A stretch of DNA of 64,000 bases, from NCBI GenBank assembly GCA_964016885.1, contig OZ024743.1, positions 337,714,001-337,778,000 on the forward strand. The letters are read 5' to 3'. Position 1 is the first letter of the stretch, and each line of letters begins with the position of its first letter. Position numbers and translations under genes: made by a program. Of this stretch, positions 1-12,359 are shown piece by piece. A model generated the notes under the pieces. The model was not told the DNA's origin, made no database searches, and saw only the letters and a program-made list of their open reading frames with translations. The DNA is from Eledone cirrhosa. Taxonomy: Eukaryota.

Positions 1-3000
1 ATATACTCTGGCTGGTTATTCTGTCTATTAAGTAGTTGAGGAGGTAGATGTAACAGTAATATACTCTGGCTGGTTATTCTGTCCATGAAGTAGTTGAGGA
101 GGTAGATGAAACAGTAATATACTCTGGCTGGTTATTCTGTCTATTAAGTAGTTGAGGAGGTAGATGTAACAGTAATATACTCTGGCTGGTTATTCTGTCT
201 ATTAAGTAGTTGAGGAGGTAGATGTAACAGTAATATACTCTGGCTGGTTATTCTGTCCATGAAGTAGTTGAGGAGTTAGATGAAACAGTAATATACTCTG
301 GCTGGTTATTCTGTCTATTAAGTAGTTGAGGAGGTAGATGTAACAGTAATATACTCTGGCTGGTTATTCTGTCTATTAAGTAGTTGAGGAGGTAGATGTA
401 ACAGTAATATACTCTGGCTGGTTATTCTGTCCATGAAGTAGTTGAGGAGGTAGATGAAACAGTAATATACTCTGGCTGGTTATTCTGTCTATTAAGTAGT
501 TGAGGAGGTAGATGTAACAGTAATATACTCTGGCTGGTTATTCTGTCTATTAAGTAGTTGAGGAGGTAGATGTAACAGTAATATACTCTGGCTGATTACT
601 ATGTCCATTAAGTAGTTGAGGAGGTAGATGAAACAGTAATATACTCTGGCTGGTTATTCTGTCTATTAAGTAGTTGAGGAGGTAGATGTAACAGTAATAT
701 ACTCTGGCTGGTTATTCTGTCTATTAAGTAGTTGAGGAGGTAGATGAAACAGTAATATACTCAGGCTGGTTATTCTGTCCATGAAGTAGTTGAGGAGGTA
801 GATGAAACAGTAATATAATCTGGCTGGTTATTCTGTCTATTAAGTAGTTGAGGAGGTAGATGTAACAGTAATATACTCTGGCTGGTTATTCTGTCTATTA
901 AGTAGTTGAGGAGGTAGATGTAACAGTAATATATTCTGGCTGGTTATTCTGTCTATTAAGTAGTTGAGGAGGTAGATGAAACAGTAATATACTCTGGCTG
1001 GTTATTCTGTCTATTAAGTAGTTGAGGAGGTAGATGAAACAGTAATATACTCTGGCTGGTTATTCTGTCTATTAAGTAGTTGAGGAGCTAGATGTAACAG
1101 TAATATACTCTGGCTGGTTATTCTGTCTATTAAGTAGTTGAGGAGGTAGATGAAACAGTAATATACTCTGGATGGTTATTCTGTCTATTAAGTAGTTGAG
1201 GAGCTAGATGTAACAGTAATATACTCTGGCTGGTTATTCTGTCTATTAAGTAGTTGAGGAGGTAGATGTAACAGTAATATATTCTGGCTGGTTATTCTGT
1301 CTATTAAGTAGTTGAGGAGGTAGATGTAACAGTAATATACTCTGCCTGGTTATTCTGTCTATTAAGTAGTTGAGGAGGTAGATGTAACAGTAATATACTC
1401 TGGCTGGTTATTCTGTCTATTAAGTAGTTGAGGAGGTAGATGTAACAGTAATATACTCTGGCTGGTTATTCTGTCTATTAAATAGTTGAGGAGGTAGATG
1501 TAACAGTAATATACTCTGGCTGGTTATTCTGTCTATTAAGTAGTTGAGGAGGTAGATGTAACAGTAATATACTCTGGCTGGTTATTCTGTCTATTATGTT
1601 GTTGAGGAGGTAGATGAAACAGTAATATACTCTGGCTGGTTATTCTGTCCATGAAGTAGTTGAGGAGGTAGATGAAACAGTAATATACTCTGCCTGGTTA
1701 TTCTGTCTATTAAGTAGTTGAGGAGGTAGATGTAACAGTAATATACTCTGGCTGGTTATTCTGTCTATTAAATAGTTGAGGAGGTAGATGTAACAGTAAT
1801 ATACTCTGGCTGGTTATTCTGTCTATTAAGTAGTTGAGGAGGTAGATGTAACAGTAATATACTCTGGCTGGTTATTCTGTCTATTATGTAGTTGAGGAGG
1901 TAGATGAAACAGTAATATACTCTGGCTGGTTATTCTGTCCATGAAGTAGTTGAGGAGGTAGATGAAACAGTAATATACTCTGCCTGGTTATTCTGTCTAT
2001 TAAGTAGTTGAGGAGGTAGATGAAACAGTAATATACTCTGCCTGGTTATTCTGTATATTAAGTAGTTGAGGAGGTAGATGTAACAGTAATATACTCTGGC
2101 TGGTTATTCTGTCCATTAAGTAGTTGAGGAGGTAGATGAAACAGTAATATACTCTGCCTGGTTATTCTGTCTATTAAGTAGTTGAGGAGGTAGATGAAAC
2201 AGTAATATACTCTGCCTGGTTATTCTGTATATTAAGTAGTTGAGGAGGTAGATGTAACAGTAATATACTCTGGCTGGTTATTCTGTCCATTAAGTAGTTG
2301 AGGAGGTAGATGAAACAGTAATATACTCTGCCTGGTTATTCTGTATATTAAGTAGTTGAGGAGGTAGATGAAACAGTAATATACTCTGGCTGGTTATTCT
2401 GTCTATTAAGTAGTTGAGGATGTAGATGTAACAGTAATATACTCTGGCTGGTTATTCTGTCCATTAAGTAGTTGAGGAGGTAGATGAAACAGTAATATAC
2501 TCTGCCTGGTTATTCTGTCTATTAAGTAGTTGAGGAGGTAGATGTAACAGTAATATACTCTGGCTGGTTATTCTGTCTATTAAGTAGTTGAGGAGGTAGA
2601 TGTAACAGTAATATACTCTGGCTGGTTATTCTGTCCATGAAGTAGTTGAGGAGGTAGATGAAACAGTAATATACTCTGGCTGGTTATTCTGTCTATGAAG
2701 TAGTTGAGGAGGTAGATGAAACAGTAATATACTCTGGCTGGTTATTCTGTCCATGAAGTAGTTGAGGAGGTAGATATAACAGTAATATACTCTGGCTGGT
2801 TATTCTGTCTATTAAGTATTTGAGGAGGTAGATGTAACAGTAATATACTCTGACTGGTTATTCTGTCTATTAAGTAGTTGAGGAGGTAGATGAAACAGTA
2901 ATATACTCTGGCTGGTTATTCTGTCTATTAAGTAGTTGAGGAGGTAGATGAAACAGTAATATACTTTGCCTGGTTATTCTGTCCATGAAGTAGTTGAGGA

Positions 3001-5569
3001 GGTAGATGAAACAGTAATATACTCTGGCTGGTTATTCTGTCTATTAAGTAGTTGAGGAGGTAGATGTAACAGTAATATACTCTGCCTGGTTATTCTGTCT
3101 ATTAAGTAGTTGAGGAGGTAGATGTAACAGTAATATACTCTGGCTGGTTATTCTGTCTATTAAGTAGTTGAGGAGGTAGATGTAACAGTAATATACTCTG
3201 CCTGGTTATTCTGTCCATGAAGTAGTTGAGGAGGTACATGAAACAGTAATATACTCTGGCTGGTTATTCTGTCTATTAAGTAGTTGAGGAGGTAGATGTA
3301 ACAGTAATATACTCTGGCTGGTTATTCTGTCTATTAAATAGTTGAGGAGGTAGATGTAACAGTAATATACTCTGGCTGGTTATTCTGTCTATTAAGTAGT
3401 TGAGGAGGTAGATGTAACAGTAATATACTCTGGCTGGTTATTCTGTCTATTATGTAGTTGAGGAGGTAGATGAAACAGTAATATACTCTGGCTGGTTATT
3501 CTGTCCATGAAGTAGTTGAGGAGGTAGATGAAACAGTAATATACTCTGCCTGGTTATTCTGTCTATTAAGTAGTTGAGGAGGTAGATGTAACAGTAATAT
3601 ACTCTGGCTGGTTATTCTGTCTATTAAATAGTTGAGGAGGTAGATGTAACAGTAATATACTCTGGCTGGTTATTCTGTCTATTAAGTAGTTGAGGAGGTA
3701 GATGTAACAGTAATATACTCTGGCTGGTTATTCTGTCTATTATGCAGTTGAGGAGGTAGATGAAACAGTAATATACTCTGGCTGGTTATTCTGTCCATGA
3801 AGTAGTTGAGGAGGTAGATGAAACAGTAATATACTCTGCCTGGTTATTCTGTCTATTAAGTAGTTGAGGAGGTAGATGAAACAGTAATATACTCTGCCTG
3901 GTTATTCTGTATATTAAGTAGTTGAGGAGGTAGATGTAACAGTAATATACTCTGGCTGGTTATTCTGTCCATTAAGTAGTTGAGGAGGTAGATGAAACAG
4001 TAATATACTCTGCCTGGTTATTCTGTCTATTAAGTAGTTGAGGAGGTAGATGAAACAGTAATATACTCTGGCTGGTTATTCTGTCTATTAAGTAGTTGAG
4101 GAGGTAGATGTAACAGTAATATACTCTGGCTGGTTATTCTGTCTATTAAGTAGTTGAGGAGGTAGATGTAACAGTAATATACTCTGCCTGGTTATTCTGT
4201 CTATTAAGTAGTTGAGGAGGTAGATGTAACAGTAATATACTCTGGCTGGTTATTCTGTCTATTAAGTAGTTGAGGATGTAGATGTAACAGTAATATACTC
4301 TGCCTGGTTATTCTGTCTATTAAGTAGTTGAGGAGGTAGATGAAACAGTAATATACTCTGGCTGGTTATTCTGTCTATTAAGTAGTTGAGGAGGTAGATG
4401 TAACAGTAATATACTCTGCCTGGTTATTCTGTCTATTAAGTAGTTGAGGAGGTAGATGAAACAGTAATATACTCTGGCTGGTTATTCTGTCCATGAAGTA
4501 GTTGAGGAGGTAGATGTAACAGTAATATACTCTGGCTGGTTATTCTGTCTATTAAGTAGTTGAGGAGGTAGATGTAACAGTAATATACTCTGCCTGGTTA
4601 TTCTGTCTATTAAGTAGTTGAGGAGGTAGATGAAACAGTAATATACTCTGGCTGGTTATTCTGTCCATGAAGTAGTTGAGCAGGTAGATGAAACAATAAT
4701 ATACTCTGGCTGGTTATTCTGTCCATGAAGTAGTTGAGGAGGTAGATGAAACAGTAATATACTGTGGCTGGTTATTCTGTCCATGAAGTAGTTGAGGAGG
4801 TAGATGAAACAGTAATATACTCTGGCTGGTTATTCTGTCTATTAAGTAGTTGAGGAGGTAGATGTAACAGTAATATACTCTGGCTGGTTATTCTGTCTAT
4901 TAAGAAGTTGAGGAGGTAGATGAAACAGTAATATACTCTGGCTGGTTATTCTGTCCATGAAGTAGTTGAGGAGGTAGATGAAACAATAATATACTCTGGC
5001 TGGTTATTCTGTCCATGAAGTAGTTGAGGAGGTAGATGAAACAGTAATATACTCTGGCTGGTTATTCTGTCCATGAAGTAGTTGAGGAGGAAGATGAAAC
5101 AGTAATATACTCTGGCTGGTTATTCTGACTATTAAGTAGTTGAGGAGGTAGATGTAACAGTAATATACTCTGGCTGGTTATTCTGTCCATGAATTAGTTG
5201 ACGAGGTAGATGAAACAGTAATATACTCTGGCTGGTTATTCTGTCTATTAAGTAGTTGAGGAGGTAGATGTAACAGTAATATACTCTGGCTTGTTATTCT
5301 GTCTATTAAGTAGTTGAGGAGCTAGATGTAACAGTAATATACTCTGCCTGGTTATTCTGTCTATTAAGTAGGTGAGGAGGTAGATGTAACAGTAATATAT
5401 TCTGGCTGGTTATTCTGTCTATGAAGTAGTTGAGGAGGTAGATGTAACAGTAATATACTCTGGCTGGTTATTCTGTCTATTAAGTAGTTGAGGAGGTAGA
5501 TGTAACAGTAATATACTCTGGCTGGTTATTCTGTCCATGAAGTAGTTGAGGAGGTAGATGAAACAGTAA

Positions 5570-7480
5570 TATACTCTGGCTGGTTATTCTGTCTATTAAG
5601 TAGTTGAGGAGGTAGATGTAACAGTAATATACTCTGGCTGGTTATTCTGTCTATTAAGTAGTTGAGGAGGTAGATGTAACAGTAATATACTCTGGCTGAT
5701 TATTATGTCCATTAAGTAGTTGAGGAGGTAGATGAAACAGTAATATACTCTGCCTGGTTATTCTGTCTATTAAGTAGTTGAGGAGGTAGATGTAACAGTA
5801 ATATACTCTGGCTGGTTATTCTGTCTATTAAGTAGTTGAGGAGGTAGATGTAACAGTAATATACTCTGGCTGGTTATTCTGTCCATGAAGTAGTTGAGGA
5901 GGTAGATGAAACAGTAATATACTCTGGCTGGTTATTCTGTCTATTAAGTAGTTGAGGAGGTAGATGTAACAGTAATATACTCTGGCTGGTTATTCTGTCC
6001 ATGAATTAGTTGACGAGGTAGATGAAACAGTAATATACTCTGGCTGGTTATTCTGTCTATTAAGTAGTTGAGGAGGTAGATGTAACAGTAATATACTCTG
6101 GCTTGTTATTCTGTCTATTAAGTAGTTGAGGAGGTAGATGTAACAGTAATATAATCTGGCTGGTTATTCTGTCTATTAAGTAGTTGAGGAGGTAGATGTA
6201 ACAGTAATATACTCTGGCTTGTTATTCTGTCTATTAAGTAGTTGAGGAGGTAGATGTAACAGTAATATACTCAGCCTGGTTATTCTGTCTATTAAGTAGT
6301 TGAGGAGGTAGATGAAACAGTAATATACTGTGGCTGGTTATTCTGTCCATGAAGTAGTTGAGGAGGTAGATGAAACAATAATATACTCTGGCTGGTTATT
6401 CTGTCTATTAAGTAGTTGAGGAGGTAGATGTAACAGTAATATAATCTGGCTGGTTATTCTGTCTATTACGTAGTTGAGGAGGTAGATGTAACAGTAATAT
6501 ACTCTGGCTGGTTATTCTGTCTATTAAGTAGTTGAGGAGGTAGATGTAACAGTAATATACTCTGGCTGGTTATTCTGTCTATTAAGTAGTTGAGGAGGTA
6601 GATGTAACAGTAATATACTCTGGCTGATTATTATGTCCATTAAGTAGTTGAGGAGGTAGATGAAACAGTAATATACTCTGCCTGGTTATTCTGTCTATTA
6701 AGTAGTTGAGGAGGTAGATGTAACAGTAATATACTCTGGCTGGTTATTCTGTCTATTAAGTAGTTGAGGAGGTAGATGTAACAGTAATATACTCTGGCTG
6801 GTTATTCTGTCCATGAAGTAGTTGAGGAGGTAGATGAAACAGTAATATACTCTGGCTGGTTATTCTGTCTATTAAGTAGTTGAGGAGGTAGATGTAACAG
6901 TAATATACTCTGGCTGGTTATTCTGTCCATGAATTAGTTGACGAGGTAGATGAAACAGTAATATACTCTGGCTGGTTATTCTGTCTATTAAGTAGTTGAG
7001 GAGGTAGATGTAACAGTAATATACTCTGGCTTGTTATTCTGTCTATTAAGTAGTTGAGGAGGTAGATGTAACAGTAATATAATCTGGCTGGTTATTCTGT
7101 CTATTAAGTAGTTGAGGAGGTAGATGTAACAGTAATATACTCTGGCTTGTTATTCTGTCTATTAAGTAGTTGAGGAGGTAGATGTAACAGTAATATACTC
7201 AGCCTGGTTATTCTGTCTATTAAGTAGTTGAGGAGGTAGATGAAACAGTAATATACTGTGGCTGGTTATTCTGTCCATGAAGTAGTTGAGGAGGTAGATG
7301 AAACAATAATATACTCTGGCTGGTTATTCTGTCTATTAAGTAGTTGAGGAGGTAGATGGAACAGTAATATAATCTGGCTGGTTATTCTGTCTATTACGTA
7401 GTTGAGGAGGTAGATGTAACAGTAATATACTCTGGCTGGTTATTCTGTCTATTAAGTAGTTGAGGAGGTAGATGTAACAG
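5570..7480. repeat. Tandem duplication of a 16-monomer (928 bp) block
   Basis: Rare markers recur at a 928-bp offset: GCTGATTATTATG at 5699/6627, GAATTAGTTGACG at about 6003/6931, TTACGTAG at 6469/7397. Boundaries approximate. Confidence 0.85.
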
Positions 7481-10400
7481 TAATATACTCTGGCTGGTTA
7501 TTCTGTCCATGAAGTAGTTGAGGAGGTAGATGAAACAGTAATATACTCTGGCTGGTTATTCTGTCTATTAAGTAGTTGAGGAGGTAGATGTAACAGTAAT
7601 ATACTCTGGCTGGTTATTCTGTCTATTAAGTAGTTGAGGAGGTAGATGTAACAGTAATATACTCTGGCTGGTTATTCTGTCCATGAAGTAGTTGAGGAGG
7701 TAGATGAAACAGTAATATACTCTGGCTGGTTATTCTGTCTATTAAGTAGTTGAGGAGGTAGATGTAACAGTAATATACTCTGGCTGGTTATTCTGTCTAT
7801 TAAGTAGTTGAGGAGGTAGATGTAACAGTAATATACTCTGGCTGGTTATTCTGTCCATGAAGTAGTTGAGGAGGTAGATGAAACAGTAATATACTCTGGC
7901 TGGTTATTCTGTCTATTAAGTAGTTGAGGAGGTAGATGTAACAGTAATATACTCTGGCTGGTTATTCTGTCTATTAAGTAGTTGAGGAGGTAGATGTAAC
8001 AGTAATATACTCTGGCTGATTATTATGTCCATTAAGTAGTTGAGGAGGTAGATGAAACAGTAATATACTCTGGCTGGTTATTCTGTCTATTAAGTAGTTG
8101 AGGAGGTAGATGTAACAGTAATATACTCTGGCTGGTTATTCTGTCTATTAAGTAGTTGAGGAGGTAGATGAAACAGTAATATACTCTGGCTGGTTATTCT
8201 GTCCATGAAGTAGTTGAGGAGGTAGATGAAACAGTAATATAATCTGGCTGGTTATTCTGTCTATTAAGTAGTTGAGGAGGTAGATGTAACAGTAATATAC
8301 TCTGGCTGGTTATTCTGTCTATTAAGTAGTTGAGGAGGTAGATGTAACAGTAATATATTCTGGCTGGTTATTCTGTCTATTAAGTAGTTGAGGAGGTAGA
8401 TGAAACAGTAATATACTCTGGCTGGTTATTCTGTCTATTAAGTAGTTGAGGAGGTAGATGAAACAGTAATATACTCTGGCTGGTTATTCTGTCTATTAAG
8501 TAGTTGAGGAGCTAGATGTAACAGTAATATACTCTGGCTGGTTATTCTGTCTATTAAGTAGTTGAGGAGGTAGATGAAACAGTAATATACTCTGGATGGT
8601 TATTCTGTCTATTAAGTAGTTGAGGAGCTAGATGTAACAGTAATATACTCTGGCTGGTTATTCTGTCTATTAAGTAGTTGAGGAGGTAGATGAAACAGTA
8701 ATATACTCTGGCTGGTTATTCTGTCCATGAAGTAGTTGAGGAGGTAGATGTAACAGTAATATACTCTGGCTGGTTATTCTGTCTATTAAGTAGTTGAGGA
8801 GGTAGATGTAACAGTAATATACTCTGCCTGGTTATTCTGTCTATTAAGTAGTTGAGGAGGTAGATGAAACAGTAATATACTCTGGCTGGTTATTCTGTCT
8901 ATTAAGTAGTTGAGGAGGTAGATGTAACAGTAATATACTCTGCCTGGTTATTCTGTCCATGAAGTAGTTGAGGAGGTACATGAAACAGTAATATACTCTG
9001 GCTGGTTATTCTGTCTATTAAGTAGTTGAGGAGGTAGATGTAACAGTAATATACTCTGGCTGGTTATTCTGTCTATTAAGTAGTTGAGGAGGTAGATGTA
9101 ACAGTAATATACTCTGGCTGGTTATTCTGTCTATTAAGTAGTTGAGGAGGTAGATGTAACAGTAATATACTCTGGCTGATTATTATGTCCATTAAGTAGT
9201 TGAGGAGGTAGATGAAACAGTAATATACTCTGCCTGGTTATTCTGTCTATTAAGTAGTTGAGGAGGTAGATGTAACAGTAATATACTCTGGCTGGTTATT
9301 CTGTCTATTAAGTAGTTGAGGAGGTAGATGTAACAGTAATATACTCTGGCTGGTTATTCTGTCCATGAAGTAGTTGAGGAGGTAGATGAAACAGTAATAT
9401 ACTCTGGCTGGTTATTCTGTCTATTAAGTAGTTGAGGAGGTAGATGTAACAGTAATATACTCTGGCTGGTTATTCTGTCCATGAATTAGTTGACGAGGTA
9501 GATGAAACAGTAATATACTCTGGCTGGTTATTCTGTCTATTAAGTAGTTGAGGAGGTAGATGTAACAGTAATATACTCTGGCTTGTTATTCTGTCTATTA
9601 AGTAGTTGAGGAGGTAGATGTAACAGTAATATAATCTGGCTGGTTATTCTGTCTATTAAGTAGTTGAGGAGGTAGATGTAACAGTAATATACTCTGGCTT
9701 GTTATTCTGTCTATTAAGTAGTTGAGGAGGTAGATGTAACAGTAATATACTCAGCCTGGTTATTCTGTCTATTAAGTAGTTGAGGAGGTAGATGAAACAG
9801 TAATATACTGTGGCTGGTTATTCTGTCCATGAAGTAGTTGAGGAGGTAGATGAAACAATAATATACTCTGGCTGGTTATTCTGTCTATTAAGTAGTTGAG
9901 GAGGTAGATGTAACAGTAATATAATCTGGCTGGTTATTCTGTCTATTACGTAGTTGAGGAGGTAGATGTAACAGTAATATACTCTGGCTGGTTATTCTGT
10001 CTATTAAGTAGTTGAGGAGGTAGATGTAACAGTAATATACTCTGGCTGGTTATTCTGTCCATGAAGTAGTTGAGGAGGTAGATGAAACAGTAATATACTC
10101 TGGCTGGTTATTCTGTCTATTAAGTAGTTGAGGAGGTAGATGTAACAGTAATATACTCTGGCTGGTTATTCTGTCTATTAAGTAGTTGAGGAGGTAGATG
10201 TAACAGTAATATACTCTGGCTGGTTATTCTGTCCATGAAGTAGTTGAGGAGGTAGATGAAACAGTAATATACTCTGGCTGGTTATTCTGTCTATTAAGTA
10301 GTTGAGGAGGTAGATGTAACAGTAATATACTCTGGCTGGTTATTCTGTCTATTAAGTAGTTGAGGAGGTAGATGTAACAGTAATATACTCTGGCTGGTTA

Positions 10401-11600
10401 TTCTGTCCATGAAGTAGTTGAGGAGGTAGATGAAACAGTAATATACTCTGGCTGGTTATTCTGTCTATTAAGTAGTTGAGGAGGTAGATGTAACAGTAAT
10501 ATACTCTGGCTGGTTATTCTGTCTATTAAGTAGTTGAGGAGGTAGATGTAACAGTAATATACTCTGGCTGATTATTATGTCCATTAAGTAGTTGAGGAGG
10601 TAGATGAAACAGTAATATACTCTGGCTGGTTATTCTGTCTATTAAGTAGTTGAGGAGGTAGATGTAACAGTAATATACTCTGGCTGGTTATTCTGTCTAT
10701 TAAGTAGTTGAGGAGGTAGATGAAACAGTAATATACTCTGGCTGGTTATTCTGTCCATGAAGTAGTTGAGGAGGTAGATGAAACAGTAATATAATCTGGC
10801 TGGTTATTCTGTCTATTAAGTAGTTGAGGAGGTAGATGTAACAGTAATATACTCTGGCTGGTTATTCTGTCTATTAAGTAGTTGAGGAGGTAGATGTAAC
10901 AGTAATATATTCTGGCTGGTTATTCTGTCTATTAAGTAGTTGAGGAGGTAGATGAAACAGTAATATACTCTGGCTGGTTATTCTGTCTATTAAGTAGTTG
11001 AGGAGGTAGATGAAACAGTAATATACTCTGGCTGGTTATTCTGTCTATTAAGTAGTTGAGGAGCTAGATGTAACAGTAATATACTCTGGCTGGTTATTCT
11101 GTCTATTAAGTAGTTGAGGAGGTAGATGAAACAGTAATATACTCTGGATGGTTATTCTGTCTATTAAGTAGTTGAGGAGCTAGATGTAACAGTAATATAC
11201 TCTGGCTGGTTATTCTGTCTATTAAGTAGTTGAGGAGGTAGATGAAACAGTAATATACTCTGGCTGGTTATTCTGTCCATGAAGTAGTTGAGGAGGTAGA
11301 TGTAACAGTAATATACTCTGGCTGGTTATTCTGTCTATTAAGTAGTTGAGGAGGTAGATGTAACAGTAATATACTCTGCCTGGTTATTCTGTCTATTAAG
11401 TAGTTGAGGAGGTAGATGAAACAGTAATATACTCTGGCTGGTTATTCTGTCTATTAAGTAGTTGAGGAGGTAGATGTAACAGTAATATACTCTGCCTGGT
11501 TATTCTGTCCATGAAGTAGTTGAGGAGGTACATGAAACAGTAATATACTCTGGCTGGTTATTCTGTCTATTAAGTAGTTGAGGAGGTAGATGTAACAGTA
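6500..11600. repeat. Tandem duplication of a 44-monomer (2552 bp) block
   Basis: Markers at a 2552-bp offset: GCTGATT at 6627/9179, TTACG at 7397/9949, TCTGGATGG at 8596/11148, GGTACATG at 8979/11531. Boundaries approximate. Confidence 0.88.
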
Positions 11601-12359
11601 ATATACTCTGGCTGGTTATTCTGTCTATTAAATAGTTGAGGAGGTAGATGTAACAGTAATATACTCTGGCTGGTTATTCTGTCTATTAAGTAGTTGAGGA
11701 GGTAGATGTAACAGTAATATACTCTGGCTGGTTATTCTGTCTATTATGTAGTTGAGGAGGTAGATGAAACAGTAATATACTCTGGCTGGTTATTCTGTCC
11801 ATGAAGTAGTTGAGGAGGTAGATGAAACAGTAATATACTCTGCCTGGTTATTCTGTCTATTAAGTAGTTGAGGAGGTAGATGTAACAGTAATATACTCTG
11901 GCTGGTTATTCTGTCTATTAAATAGTTGAGGAGGTAGATGTAACAGTAATATACTCTGGCTGGTTATTCTGTCTATTAAGTAGTTGAGGAGGTAGATGTA
12001 ACAGTAATATACTCTGGCTGGTTATTCTGTCTATTATGTAGTTGAGGAGGTAGATGAAACAGTAATATACTCTGGCTGGTTATTCTGTCCATGAAGTAGT
12101 TGAGGAGGTAGATGAAACAGTAATATACTCTGCCTGGTTATTCTGTCTATTAAGTAGTTGAGGAGGTAGATGAAACAGTAATATACTCTGCCTGGTTATT
12201 CTGTATATTAAGTAGTTGAGGAGGTAGATGTAACAGTAATATACTCTGGCTGGTTATTCTGTCCATTAAGTAGTTGAGGAGGTAGATGAAACAGTAATAT
12301 ACTCTGCCTGGTTATTCTGTCTATTAAGTAGTTGAGGAGGTAGATGTAACAGTAATATA

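Noticed and set aside
17-65. Hairpin or terminator potential (TATTCTGT...ACAGTAATA; AGTA-ATA-TACT at the monomer junction)
   Set aside because: The stems are short, AT-rich and bulged, there is no U-tract, and I saw no compensatory changes among variants.
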